From the IMG/VR virus record IMGVR_UViG_3300037258_001099, positions 1 through 64,000 of that record: 64,000 nt of DNA, one strand, 5' to 3'. The DNA comes from a virus. The translations under genes and the position numbers were made by a program. The stretch's first letter is position 1; every line of letters begins with the position of its first letter. The notes below the pieces were generated by a model. That model searched no databases, was not told the DNA's origin, and saw only the letters and a list, made by a program, of their open reading frames with translations. This document shows positions 26,608-34,607 of the stretch, piece by piece.

Positions 26608-26957
26608 TAGAGCCCCCTTTCTGCTTCACAGTCAAACTCATCGTCTATCTCTTGCTCTGCGTCTACAAAACTGTATGGCGCTTGCCGACCTGGAAGAATG
26701 CCATTTTCCTCTGGACTTCTGTAGATACGCAGCCACCATTCCAGATTCTCTGTGCCACGGCTGTCTGCCACTACATTGGAATCGATCTTAAATGGCCGAG
26801 ATGATCCAATAGACTCCATATAGCTGTGTGCTGATTGAGATCCGCTGGAGCCTGACACCAGAATGCTGTTCAGCGGTATGCGTATGGCCTCGTCTTGTTC
26901 AAAGTTTGTGGCGCTCCTCAGATCGATGGATGTTGTGGGATAGTGTGTTGCAATCAT
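26607..26957 (-). CDS. hypothetical protein (start MIATHYP)
   Basis: GAAAGGA SD before the internal ATG. Confidence 0.6.
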   Translation of the reverse strand: MIATHYPTTSIDLRSATNFEQDEAIRIPLNSILVSGSSGSQSAHSYMESIGSSRPFKIDSNVVADSRGTENLEWWLRIYRSPEENGILPGRQAPYSFVDAEQEIDDEFDCEAERGL

Positions 26958-27066
26958 GGGTCTGATCCTTTCATTTGGGCAATAAAAAAACTCGTGAGAC
27001 CTTTTGTGGCGTAGTCTCACGAGTTAAAAAAAAAGAGGAGAGCACCAATTGGCACTCTCCAGGGAA

Positions 27067-27873
27067 CTATTTACTCAACACTGCATAGACATCGGTGATT
27101 TCCTGATCAATCTCGGTGGCCTGTGCTTCCAGTTCGATTGCATCTGCAACCTTCTTGAGCTGAGACATCTCTTTTGGAGAAGATTGATTGATAGCAGGAA
27201 TGTAGACTTTCTTGCTATTAGCCTTGAAGCGCTTTGCAATATCCATTGCTTGCTTTTGACCACGAGCTTCTACAACTAACAGCTTGCTTACACATTCTGC
27301 TCTAGCAACCAGCTCATTTCTGCGCTGGCCGTTATCGATGATCCACTCTGCGCTGTCATGGAACTGACTTATAACACAGATATCACGAGTATTTATATAG
27401 TCTAGGATCTCATCGGTGAGCTCAATACCATCGAGCCCTAAGCTGCATACTACGAGCACACACCCACCAGCAGCGATGTGAGCTCGAACCATTGGCATAT
27501 CTTCTCCGATGAGCCCACAAACCAGCAGATTGTGCGTCCCTTCTGCTGCTAGACTATGTGCCGCTGCCTCACTTGCTGCAATGGCTGATTTGCTTGAATT
27601 ACGAGAAATCGCAACTGCCACAAATGGAAGCTCTGTGAGGATACCCTGATCCCCAATAGTGTGGACTGTGGTATTTCTGAATTTCGCTGTGCCGTACTCA
27701 CGCTTTGCAGGAGCAGTCTCTTCAACCACTTCAGTCTCAACTCTTACTGATGGCCCTGTGCTAATGACTTCATTAACTTTCATCTCGGCTACCTCTTCGG
27801 GTGTTGGAACAAACTCAGGAGTAACAATTTCGACGCCAAGGTCAAGAGCTGTTTGAATCATTTCGTTAGACAT
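27067..27873 (-). CDS. divergent DprA/SMF-like (SLOG) protein with an acidic N-terminal extension
   Basis: HTIGD...VAVAISRNSS...LVCGL..G.D...AHIAAGG...VISQF...QRRNELVA...LLVVEA. Confidence 0.7.
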   Translation of the reverse strand: MSNEMIQTALDLGVEIVTPEFVPTPEEVAEMKVNEVISTGPSVRVETEVVEETAPAKREYGTAKFRNTTVHTIGDQGILTELPFVAVAISRNSSKSAIAASEAAAHSLAAEGTHNLLVCGLIGEDMPMVRAHIAAGGCVLVVCSLGLDGIELTDEILDYINTRDICVISQFHDSAEWIIDNGQRRNELVARAECVSKLLVVEARGQKQAMDIAKRFKANSKKVYIPAINQSSPKEMSQLKKVADAIELEAQATEIDQEITDVYAVLSK

Positions 27874-27938
27874 AGTTTTGGTTTCCTTTCTGAAACACTT
27901 GTTTTATCTGTAAACCCACTTCAGGTTCACAAAAATTG

Positions 27939-27961
27939 GAGCGGAGCCGACTTTTCCTTAA
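27939..27961 (-). promoter_or_regulatory. class I site GA-GC(GGA)GC-CGACTTTTCCTTAA (written on +)
   Basis: one of six copies heading cassettes. Confidence 0.8.
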
Positions 27962-28039
27962 TACTTTCAGGAATAGACAATGCTCAAGAGGTATAAAAGA
28001 ACAAAAAAAAAGGAAGCTTACAAGAGACTTCCCTTTTGT

Positions 28040-28498
28040 TTAGTACTGCTCGTCCCCTGGGTCGATATGGATCTCGACCAGGATATCAAGCTTGCTTAGG
28101 GCGTCGGCCATCATAGGCCCAACAACTGACCATGATAGGTGACCATTGCCACACCCGAGCTTGGTGATTGCTATGGAGGTGATCCCCAAACGCTTGTAGT
28201 CACTTATGATACGCTCAAGGATGTCCTTAATCCAGCCATACATCGAATCCTTGTTGAAGTGATCCTTGGTGGATACATTGAGGATGTACCTGCCATCATT
28301 AAGCTTGTGCCTGCAAATGCGACCAGGCTGCCACTTGCCTGTGCTGCATTGCTCGTAGTACTTAGCAAACATGGCTGGATAACGAGACTTAAACTGCTTG
28401 GCAATGCCAGCTCCCATAATGCCTTTACAATTGACGGTATTTGTGAGTGTTTGGCATTTACTCTCGAATAAGTTGCCTCCGATAACATATCTGATCAT
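28040..28498 (-). CDS. macrodomain protein, DarG-like ADP-ribosylglycohydrolase
   Basis: GNLF...NTVNCKGIMGAGIAKQFK.RYP...LNVSTK...SIAI.KLGCGNG.L.W. Confidence 0.9.
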   Translation of the reverse strand: MIRYVIGGNLFESKCQTLTNTVNCKGIMGAGIAKQFKSRYPAMFAKYYEQCSTGKWQPGRICRHKLNDGRYILNVSTKDHFNKDSMYGWIKDILERIISDYKRLGITSIAITKLGCGNGHLSWSVVGPMMADALSKLDILVEIHIDPGDEQY

Positions 28499-28517
28499 GA
28501 GTTCCTCCTAGAAGATT

Positions 28518-28540
28518 GTGTGAAACCGACTTTTGCTTAA
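28518..28540 (-). promoter_or_regulatory. class I site GT-GT(GAA)AC-CGACTTTTGCTTAA (written on +)
   Basis: repeat copy. Confidence 0.8.
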
Positions 28541-28696
28541 ATCTTGACTGTATTGCTATGCTTAATCCTGGACTACGATCAAGAGTGGAAGAGGTCTTGC
28601 CTATACTCCACTCTTGTCACCCTTAGATATGCATGAGAACTCCTACGACTAAACTTTGGGGAGGCAATGGAGCTTACCTATGCCTCCCTTCACTTT

Positions 28697-29374
28697 TTAA
28701 TCGATTCTACTGCGCTTGATAGCTTCTGTGATTGTTGGGTAGTCCTGCTTTCCCCTGAAGCTATGACAGAAGCCTGATCCTACGTAATCAGTAGCTAGTT
28801 TTTTGAGGCCTGCGTATCGATCAGGATGTGCCTCACAATCGCTCTTGACGGGTATAGGGATATAGATAGGTTTCTTCTGCTGCACTGCATAGCGAGCGGT
28901 AATCATGGTGCCACTATCTCTTCCATCAGGCTTTAGCTCAGCTTGCACAGGAATGACGGCATCTGAGAGGTCTACAATGATCTGATCCCTATTTGTGAAC
29001 CGTTTCTTTGCACGAGCACTGTCATACTCAGGTGTATCGTACTCAGTGCAGAGAAGACCGCCCTTTTTCACAATCTCACGTGCCAGCGATTCATTTTTAG
29101 CAGGATATATTCGATTAATAGGAGTACCCAGTACTGCGATAGTTAGCCCGCCTGCTGCAATGGCGCCTTTGTGAGCTGCTGTGTCAATGCCCTCTGCTAG
29201 GCCTGAGACAATCACAAATCCAGCTTTCACAAACGCGGTAGCTATGGCTGCTGTTATCTGCCTACCACGCTCTGTGCAATTGCGTGATCCTACAATCGCA
29301 ACAGAAGACATGTCGATGATCTCTAGGTCTCCTTCGACAAACATTTCTCTTCCACAGATTATTGCTTTGTCCAT
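28697..29374 (-). CDS. dprA: DprA/SMF-family (SLOG Rossmann) protein lacking the SAM and C-terminal wHTH domains
   Basis: VAIVGSRNCT..G...IVSGLAEGIDTAAHKGA...TIAVLGT...IYPAKN...F..RDQII...SGTMITARYA. Confidence 0.88.
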   Translation of the reverse strand: MDKAIICGREMFVEGDLEIIDMSSVAIVGSRNCTERGRQITAAIATAFVKAGFVIVSGLAEGIDTAAHKGAIAAGGLTIAVLGTPINRIYPAKNESLAREIVKKGGLLCTEYDTPEYDSARAKKRFTNRDQIIVDLSDAVIPVQAELKPDGRDSGTMITARYAVQQKKPIYIPIPVKSDCEAHPDRYAGLKKLATDYVGSGFCHSFRGKQDYPTITEAIKRSRID

Positions 29375-29418
29375 AGATATTGTTCCTTTCTAAATTAAAA
29401 AGCCGACTACACAGATAT

Positions 29419-29441
29419 GAGCGAAGCCGACTTTTCCTTAA
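29419..29441 (-). promoter_or_regulatory. class I site GA-GC(GAA)GC-CGACTTTTCCTTAA (written on +)
   Basis: repeat copy. Confidence 0.8.
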
Positions 29442-29465
29442 TATGTTTGCTACTTGAATAGTCTC

Positions 29466-29681
29466 CTACTCTCCACGTTGTATCTCTGCTTCCCATGGTG
29501 GTAGCGATAGCTCGTTGGCTAAGTATTTTAGCTGATCTAGTGGTAGCTTTAGAATGGCATCTACAATTGGATTAAACTTTTGTCTATTACTTGGGTCGAA
29601 GGTCTCTATTCCAAGGTGCTTGCCTATAAAATAGATTATCTCAAGTGCTGCTCTTACTCGTTGAAAATCTTCATCAATCAT
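29466..29681 (-). CDS. hypothetical protein
   Basis: AGAAAGGGAAACACCC SD before ATG 29681. Confidence 0.65.
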   Translation of the reverse strand: MIDEDFQRVRAALEIIYFIGKHLGIETFDPSNRQKFNPIVDAILKLPLDQLKYLANELSLPPWEAEIQRGE

Positions 29682-29844
29682 GGGTGTTTCCCTTTCTGAT
29701 ATAAACAAACTTTTAGCTCGAAGTAGTGATGGCTATGATACGACTATTTGAGTTGGAATAGGTGACTGAGCTTGTATAGGCAGCTCTCATTCCTAATTTC
29801 TTACACTCAAAAGCCTTCTCCTCACACTCAAATCATCATCGCAC

Positions 29845-30003
29845 TCATTCCTCAATACACAGCTCCACAGCAATCTCTCTCAACTGCCAGTCCTCATAGC
29901 CATCTAGTCTCTCCAGTGCCGCCATAAGCCACTGTGCATAGCCCAATTCCATTACCTCATATCCAAGCAACCTTTCGATCTCTTGCGCTATCAGCTCTGC
30001 CAT
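29845..30003 (-). CDS. small acidic hypothetical protein
   Basis: AGAAAGGAAAC SD before ATG 30003. Confidence 0.6.
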   Translation of the reverse strand: MAELIAQEIERLLGYEVMELGYAQWLMAALERLDGYEDWQLREIAVELCIEE

Positions 30004-30072
30004 GATCTGTTTCCTTTCTGCAAACAACTGTTTCCATAATTAGCAGCACAGATTGCTCCATGCTGCACACTA

Positions 30073-30432
30073 CTAATGGACAATTACCGTGATATCAGGT
30101 CTATATCTGCCAATTACTCGACTTATGAGTTTTCTATGGCAGAACTGACCCTCTCTGCACCAACAGAGTAGTGTGATATCCTCTGCTGGATCGAGCGACT
30201 TTAGCCATGGCCGTACAGCTTCCCAGCGATCAGAGAGCAACTTGAAGTACAATCTCGTGTACTCCTGCTCACTCATCCCCTTGTATCGATAAGCTGTTAC
30301 CATATTCCACTGAGGCACCAGACAGTCAACAGTGGCTGTTACACCATGTCCAACCATATTCTTTACGGCTGTACAATAGCACTGTCCTACGTGGCTCTCA
30401 GTAGCATATACGCTAGCTAGATATACTGACAC
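30073..30432 (-). CDS. DUF488-family protein
   Basis: LVPQW...EYTRLY...ITLLCWC....FCHRKLI. Confidence 0.75.
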   Translation of the reverse strand: MSVYLASVYATESHVGQCYCTAVKNMVGHGVTATVDCLVPQWNMVTAYRYKGMSEQEYTRLYFKLLSDRWEAVRPWLKSLDPAEDITLLCWCREGQFCHRKLISRVIGRYRPDITVIVH

Positions 30433-30472
30433 GATTGATCCTCCTTCTATAGATTAACATTAACACTAACTG

Positions 30473-30495
30473 GTGTGCAACCTACTTTTGCTTAA
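30473..30495 (-). promoter_or_regulatory. class I site GT-GT(GCA)AC-CTACTTTTGCTTAA (written on +)
   Basis: repeat copy with one core mismatch. Confidence 0.75.
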
Positions 30496-30542
30496 TAGGT
30501 TGGGGTTGCAGTGTGTAAGAGCAGCTTGGAGGCGTGTACAAC

Positions 30543-30673
30543 TTGTTTGTACGGTACTGCTAGCCCACCAGTGGCTCGCTATCGCTCGCCGTTTAACGAG
30601 TTGTTTGTACGTAGAGCTCTCACATTGTGCTGGCCCAACGCGCCTTCGCTAACGCTACGGCGTTTAACGAGTT
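30543..30673. repeat. imperfect tandem duplication TTGTTTGTACG...TGCTRGCCCA...TCGCTA.CGCT...CGTTTAACGAGTT
   Basis: two units at about 30543-30602 and 30601-30673 in a non-coding gap. Confidence 0.7.
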
Positions 30674-30942
30674 AGGGCTAGAGTCCGTCCGTGCGAGCCC
30701 GTCTCTCAATCTCACTCTATCTCGCTCGATTCCAAGGCAAACTCCGCGTTTTTTAGCACTTTGCTCTGCAAGTAGGCTGTAGTATGCTACATCACTATGC
30801 AGTATGTAGCATATAGGGCACAGTGAGGGCTGTTTTGCTGATGTACAGTAGATATGTGGGGTGTTTCTCCGTGTTTCTGAGCACTTCATAATGTAGCAAC
30901 ATGAAAATAAGCTGGCACTCCGAAGAGTAACCAGCTTGATTG

Positions 30943-31131
30943 CTAGAACAGTACGATTGTGTGACCAGCATCAGCCATCCTTCGCAGCCAGTCAGTGGTC
31001 TCTTTTGGTAGCATCACAACGTTCCAAAGTTCGTCAGACTCTGCCTCAGTGAGGTTTAGCTGACTTAACTCGAACAATGCAAAGCTGAGATCACTATACT
31101 GGACAAAAGGACTGCTGCTAAGTGTAAACAT
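30943..31131 (-). CDS. hypothetical protein
   Basis: AAGGAG SD; own terminator near 30909-30937. Confidence 0.65.
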   Translation of the reverse strand: MFTLSSSPFVQYSDLSFALFELSQLNLTEAESDELWNVVMLPKETTDWLRRMADAGHTIVLF

Positions 31132-31186
31132 AATAGACTCCTTGTTATATAACTATCACCAGGCAACATACCTGGATCATAGATTT

Positions 31187-31209
31187 GCGTGGAACCGACT
31201 TTTCCTTAA
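31187..31209 (-). promoter_or_regulatory. class I site GC-GT(GGA)AC-CGACTTTTCCTTAA (written on +)
   Basis: repeat copy. Confidence 0.8.
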
Positions 31210-31263
31210 ATCTTTGAGGCATCACAAAAGAAGGCCAGGACAATACATGCCCTAGCCTTGTTG

Positions 31264-31800
31264 CTATACGCTGAATCGTTGTGCTAGTGCTTGTAGCCCT
31301 GGGAGAGAGAAGTACTTAGCCTCAAGCTTCTCTAATACCAGCTTGTACTGTCTGGTGAGTGTTGCACTGTCTTTAGCAGTACCCAGCAACGTTGCGACAT
31401 GTGCACTGATAGTCTCACTTAGCTTCTCCTCAGCACTCAGTTCAGCGACACTGTTTAGATGATCCATCAGCTCATCATCAAGAGCGTACAAGTCGTCCAT
31501 TATGTGAGCTCTCATATGGATGTAGCTTTCTTTGTGGAATGTGACTTCAATAGACTCGATCTCTTTGCTATTGAAGCTCTCCCACACAACAACCACTGTT
31601 ATTTCGACGCAGGTGAGCTTGTCCACTCTCTGATTTAGAATGTTCATGTCTGAGTTGACATCCCAGCCATCTTGCTCGTGATAGCTATGGCCGTCAATGC
31701 CGCTCCAGAAGTTGAGTGCTGGGAGTGCAAGATAGTCTATAAGGACAGCGTAAATACTGTCGTTGTTGGCAGTGAATGATGAAGAGTGAATAGAGAACAT
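31264..31800 (-). CDS. hypothetical protein (start MFSIHSS)
   Basis: GGAGG SD before ATG 31800; terminator near 31231-31259. Confidence 0.7.
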   Translation of the reverse strand: MFSIHSSSFTANNDSIYAVLIDYLALPALNFWSGIDGHSYHEQDGWDVNSDMNILNQRVDKLTCVEITVVVVWESFNSKEIESIEVTFHKESYIHMRAHIMDDLYALDDELMDHLNSVAELSAEEKLSETISAHVATLLGTAKDSATLTRQYKLVLEKLEAKYFSLPGLQALAQRFSV

Positions 31801-31857
31801 GAGTAGCCTCCAAGGGATAGATAAGATGCCAGTCACAGCGACTGACTCATAAGCCTG

Positions 31858-31880
31858 GAGCGAAGCCGACTTTTGCTTAA
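31858..31880 (-). promoter_or_regulatory. class I site GA-GC(GAA)GC-CGACTTTTGCTTAA (written on +)
   Basis: repeat copy. Confidence 0.8.
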
Positions 31881-32140
31881 ACATGAGGGAGAGCACGATG
31901 CTGGGTAGGCATAGAGGATGCTGGTAGCAGGAGAGAGAGCAGGATGATAGGACTGGTGAGCAGCGGAGATGGCAGGATCGACCCCATCTGTATCCTATGA
32001 GTAGTAATTGTGTTTGTTACTTCCCTCCCATAATTTCCACTCCTGCAAAGCACTTTTCACAAAAACACCATAGACCAGCCTCCAGAGCCGCCTTACAGTA
32101 TATATTTTAGCCCTATAAAGCCTCGTGGTAGACTAATCTC

Positions 32141-32431
32141 ATGATATATCTCATTCTTACCGTTCTTATCCCTATCCCATTGGGGATTATTGCGGTTATC
32201 TATGACATCCACCAGAAGAGATGGTTTGATCGCTATCGCTACTTGGAGCATAAGTTAATGGATCTACGCATGGAACTTGATAGGATAGAGCAGGATGTGG
32301 ATGATCCGAAAGGCATTCCCCGTGAAGAACCTGAGACTGACGAATGGGAAATGGATAGTATACTCTGTATTGATCCCTCAATAGAAAAGACAACGAAAAG
32401 CCCCTTCTCATCCCACCTGCAAAGTACATGA
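32141..32431 (+). CDS. single-TM hypothetical protein
   Basis: N-terminal TM helix. Confidence 0.6.
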   Translation: MIYLILTVLIPIPLGIIAVIYDIHQKRWFDRYRYLEHKLMDLRMELDRIEQDVDDPKGIPREEPETDEWEMDSILCIDPSIEKTTKSPFSSHLQST

Positions 32432-32633
32432 GAAGGGGCCTTGCTCTCTACTGCAATAGAGAACGTTTTGTGTCTTGAGATTTAGCGCTCTCAAGACAAA
32501 TCTCTAGAAAAGAGATCGGCATGGAATAGAACAGTGCTGATTATAAATCCAGCTTCTTTGATTGTCAATGCTCTCCCTTTTTGTTACCTAAATATATTTC
32601 CTTCCGCGAAGTAATCTCTGCTAGAATGGCCCT

Positions 32634-32849
32634 ATGGATGAATTAACTCCGAAAGTCTTGGCCCAAATAATCCTTGGAGAGGTACCAGAAGGCACGCCAG
32701 AGACCTGGGAAGAGGTTCGTACTGTCCTGGCGAAAGCAGGACACACAAGTTGTCCTTGTGGCTGCGGATTTTTTCGCTACAACGCTTGGGGCAATGCCAT
32801 GGACAACCAATCCGCAACATTTGATTTCCCTGATAAAATGAGCTCATGA
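32634..32849 (+). CDS. hypothetical protein (CPCGCG)
   Basis: coupled to the LuxR gene. Confidence 0.55.
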   Translation: MDELTPKVLAQIILGEVPEGTPETWEEVRTVLAKAGHTSCPCGCGFFRYNAWGNAMDNQSATFDFPDKMSS

Positions 32850-33148
32850 TCCGAACCAAAAAGCAGCGAGAGAGTGATACACGCAAAATACTGGCACTTG
32901 TAGCCCAAGGGTTGACTGATAAGCAGATTGCAGCCAGGCTTCACTTGCATCGCAAGACCGTATGCAGGTACCTCTCTGCTGTCAGATGCAAAACTGGGAT
33001 TAAGAGTCGCATACTCCTTGGTTTCTATGCCCTCGGCAAGGGTATCGTTTCCCAGGAAGAGATACGAAAAGCAATTCACAGAGAAAGGCTAGCAAGTGGA
33101 AAGCATAGCAGGAAAATGGATACAGGAAGTGATATTAGAGCAGTGTAA
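32846..33148 (+). CDS. stand-alone LuxR-type HTH regulator
   Basis: ILALVAQGLTDKQIAARLHLHRKTV..YLSAVR.KTGIKSR. Confidence 0.85.
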   Translation: MIRTKKQRESDTRKILALVAQGLTDKQIAARLHLHRKTVCRYLSAVRCKTGIKSRILLGFYALGKGIVSQEEIRKAIHRERLASGKHSRKMDTGSDIRAV

Positions 33149-33344
33149 GCCATCCCAGCACCATTTCGATATTGTCACTGTTTCAGCAGGTACAGATTGG
33201 TATGACAAGAAAACACTTCGGATCTGCAAGCAGTGCGGAAGAACAAGTCAGTTCTCCTATGAAGAGGATGGCGCTGTATCATGGAGACCAGTGATTGAAA
33301 AAGATCTACCTCTAGAGCCTACTCATAGTCAAAGTAGTCAATGA
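33096..33344 (+). CDS. small Zn-ribbon hypothetical protein
   Basis: C...HHF...CKQCG. Confidence 0.5.
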   Translation: MESIAGKWIQEVILEQCKPSQHHFDIVTVSAGTDWYDKKTLRICKQCGRTSQFSYEEDGAVSWRPVIEKDLPLEPTHSQSSQ

Positions 33345-33612
33345 TATTCTGTTTTGGGTGAGACTCATCAAGGTCATGGTAAAAATCAATCATTTCCTGC
33401 ATACCCTGAGCATTATTGCCAGACTGGTCAGCCGCAAATGCTTTTCCAAGCTCTACCAGATCATCCCAAGTCTTAGAAATCGTCTTTTGCTCGATATTTC
33501 GTATACTTGCGTAAACAGCATCAAGGCTCATCACAAGCGCATACGCAATAGCAGGTGGCTCTTTGCCTTCTGCTATCAGAATAAGGATAGTGCGTTCTGA
33601 AAAAAGTATCAT
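33319..33612 (-). CDS. stand-alone LuxR-type HTH regulator
   Basis: SERTILILIAEGKEPPAIAYALVMSLDAVYASIRNIEQK. Confidence 0.75.
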   Translation of the reverse strand: MILFSERTILILIAEGKEPPAIAYALVMSLDAVYASIRNIEQKTISKTWDDLVELGKAFAADQSGNNAQGMQEMIDFYHDLDESHPKQNIIDYFDYE

Positions 33613-33639
33613 AGAGCTACTCTACCACAGGAGACCAGG

Positions 33640-34062
33640 ATGGATATATACCGCGCTTACCATAAAGAGCTCGGAATGATTCCAAAAGAGGAGTATTTTA
33701 CCATTGAGGACGCTATTGCTGGTGATCTCGCCTTCTGGGGCTCTCCATCCAAGGATTTTCCTCTAAAAGCTTTCACTTTTATGCGTTCGCTTAACCTGCA
33801 AGACAAAAACAAAACCGAGATTTTCTTTGGGGACATCCTAAAATACGGCTATTTTGCGTGCAATGACCCAAATTTGCCATGGGATCTACCAGAAGTCGTA
33901 AATGAGCTCGATATTACGACACAAATAGATAGAATTGTGGCAAGAGATCATCCAATGGTGCTCCATGCCATCTACCACATGATTTCTAATAATCCAGATG
34001 TGATCGGTGTGGAGATTATTGGGAACGTTCATGAGGACCCTGACCTATTGGAGGTGATATGA
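33640..34062 (+). CDS. YopX-family protein
   Basis: YRAYHK...LQDKNKTEIFFGDIL...EIIGNVHEDPDLLE. Confidence 0.85.
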   Translation: MDIYRAYHKELGMIPKEEYFTIEDAIAGDLAFWGSPSKDFPLKAFTFMRSLNLQDKNKTEIFFGDILKYGYFACNDPNLPWDLPEVVNELDITTQIDRIVARDHPMVLHAIYHMISNNPDVIGVEIIGNVHEDPDLLEVI

Positions 34063-34601
34063 CGGTTGTTGCGGGTCTCGTTGCAGATAATAAAGTTTAT
34101 ATGGGGGCAGATAGTCTAAGTGTGAGCGATGATGGCTCTGCTTGCATTGACAAATCTCCAAAAGTGTTTCGTGTAGGAGACTATCTCTTTGGGTGTGCTG
34201 GCTCCCCTAGACTCAAACAGCTTCTCTACTACGCCTATGTGCCTACAAAGACGACCATGGATGGGGAACATGCTCCAATGTGCTATCTAATAAGCAAATT
34301 TATGCGTGATTTGCAGGATTTCTTTGGCAAACATGGCTTTTTAGAGGAGTTTAAAGAGACAGAAACCCAGATCCTGCTAGGTATAGGTGGCAAGCTCTTT
34401 TGCATCTACAGCGATTTCTATCTCGAAGAGAGCGGCTACGGCTATTATGCAATAGGATGCGCTGCTGGTCTTGCACTCGGATCACTCTATAGTACGGCAG
34501 GGGCACCGATGAGCGCGAAAGATCGGGTACACCTTGCCCTTGAGGCCTCTGAAAAACATAATACACATGTAAGACGACCCTTTATTTTTGAGGAGGTCTA
34601 G
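34059..34601 (+). CDS. HslV/proteasome-beta-like Ntn-hydrolase peptidase
   Basis: N-terminal M-T, MGADS, SPKVF, GCAGS, YAIGC..GLALGSL. Confidence 0.8.
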   Translation: MTVVAGLVADNKVYMGADSLSVSDDGSACIDKSPKVFRVGDYLFGCAGSPRLKQLLYYAYVPTKTTMDGEHAPMCYLISKFMRDLQDFFGKHGFLEEFKETETQILLGIGGKLFCIYSDFYLEESGYGYYAIGCAAGLALGSLYSTAGAPMSAKDRVHLALEASEKHNTHVRRPFIFEEV

Positions 34602-34607
34602 ATAGGC

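Noticed and set aside
968-30020. Recurrent AGAAAGGAAAC(AC) upstream of many minus-strand genes as a novel motif
   Set aside because: Explained as an extended Shine-Dalgarno complementary to a 16S 3' end of the ...CCUUUCU type.
27939-31880. CRISPR array or integron attC cassette array
   Set aside because: Spacing is irregular (about 580-1050 bp) and contains whole genes; there are no cas genes, no attC-type long imperfect palindromes with RYYYAAC/GTTRRRY ends, and no integron integrase in the window.
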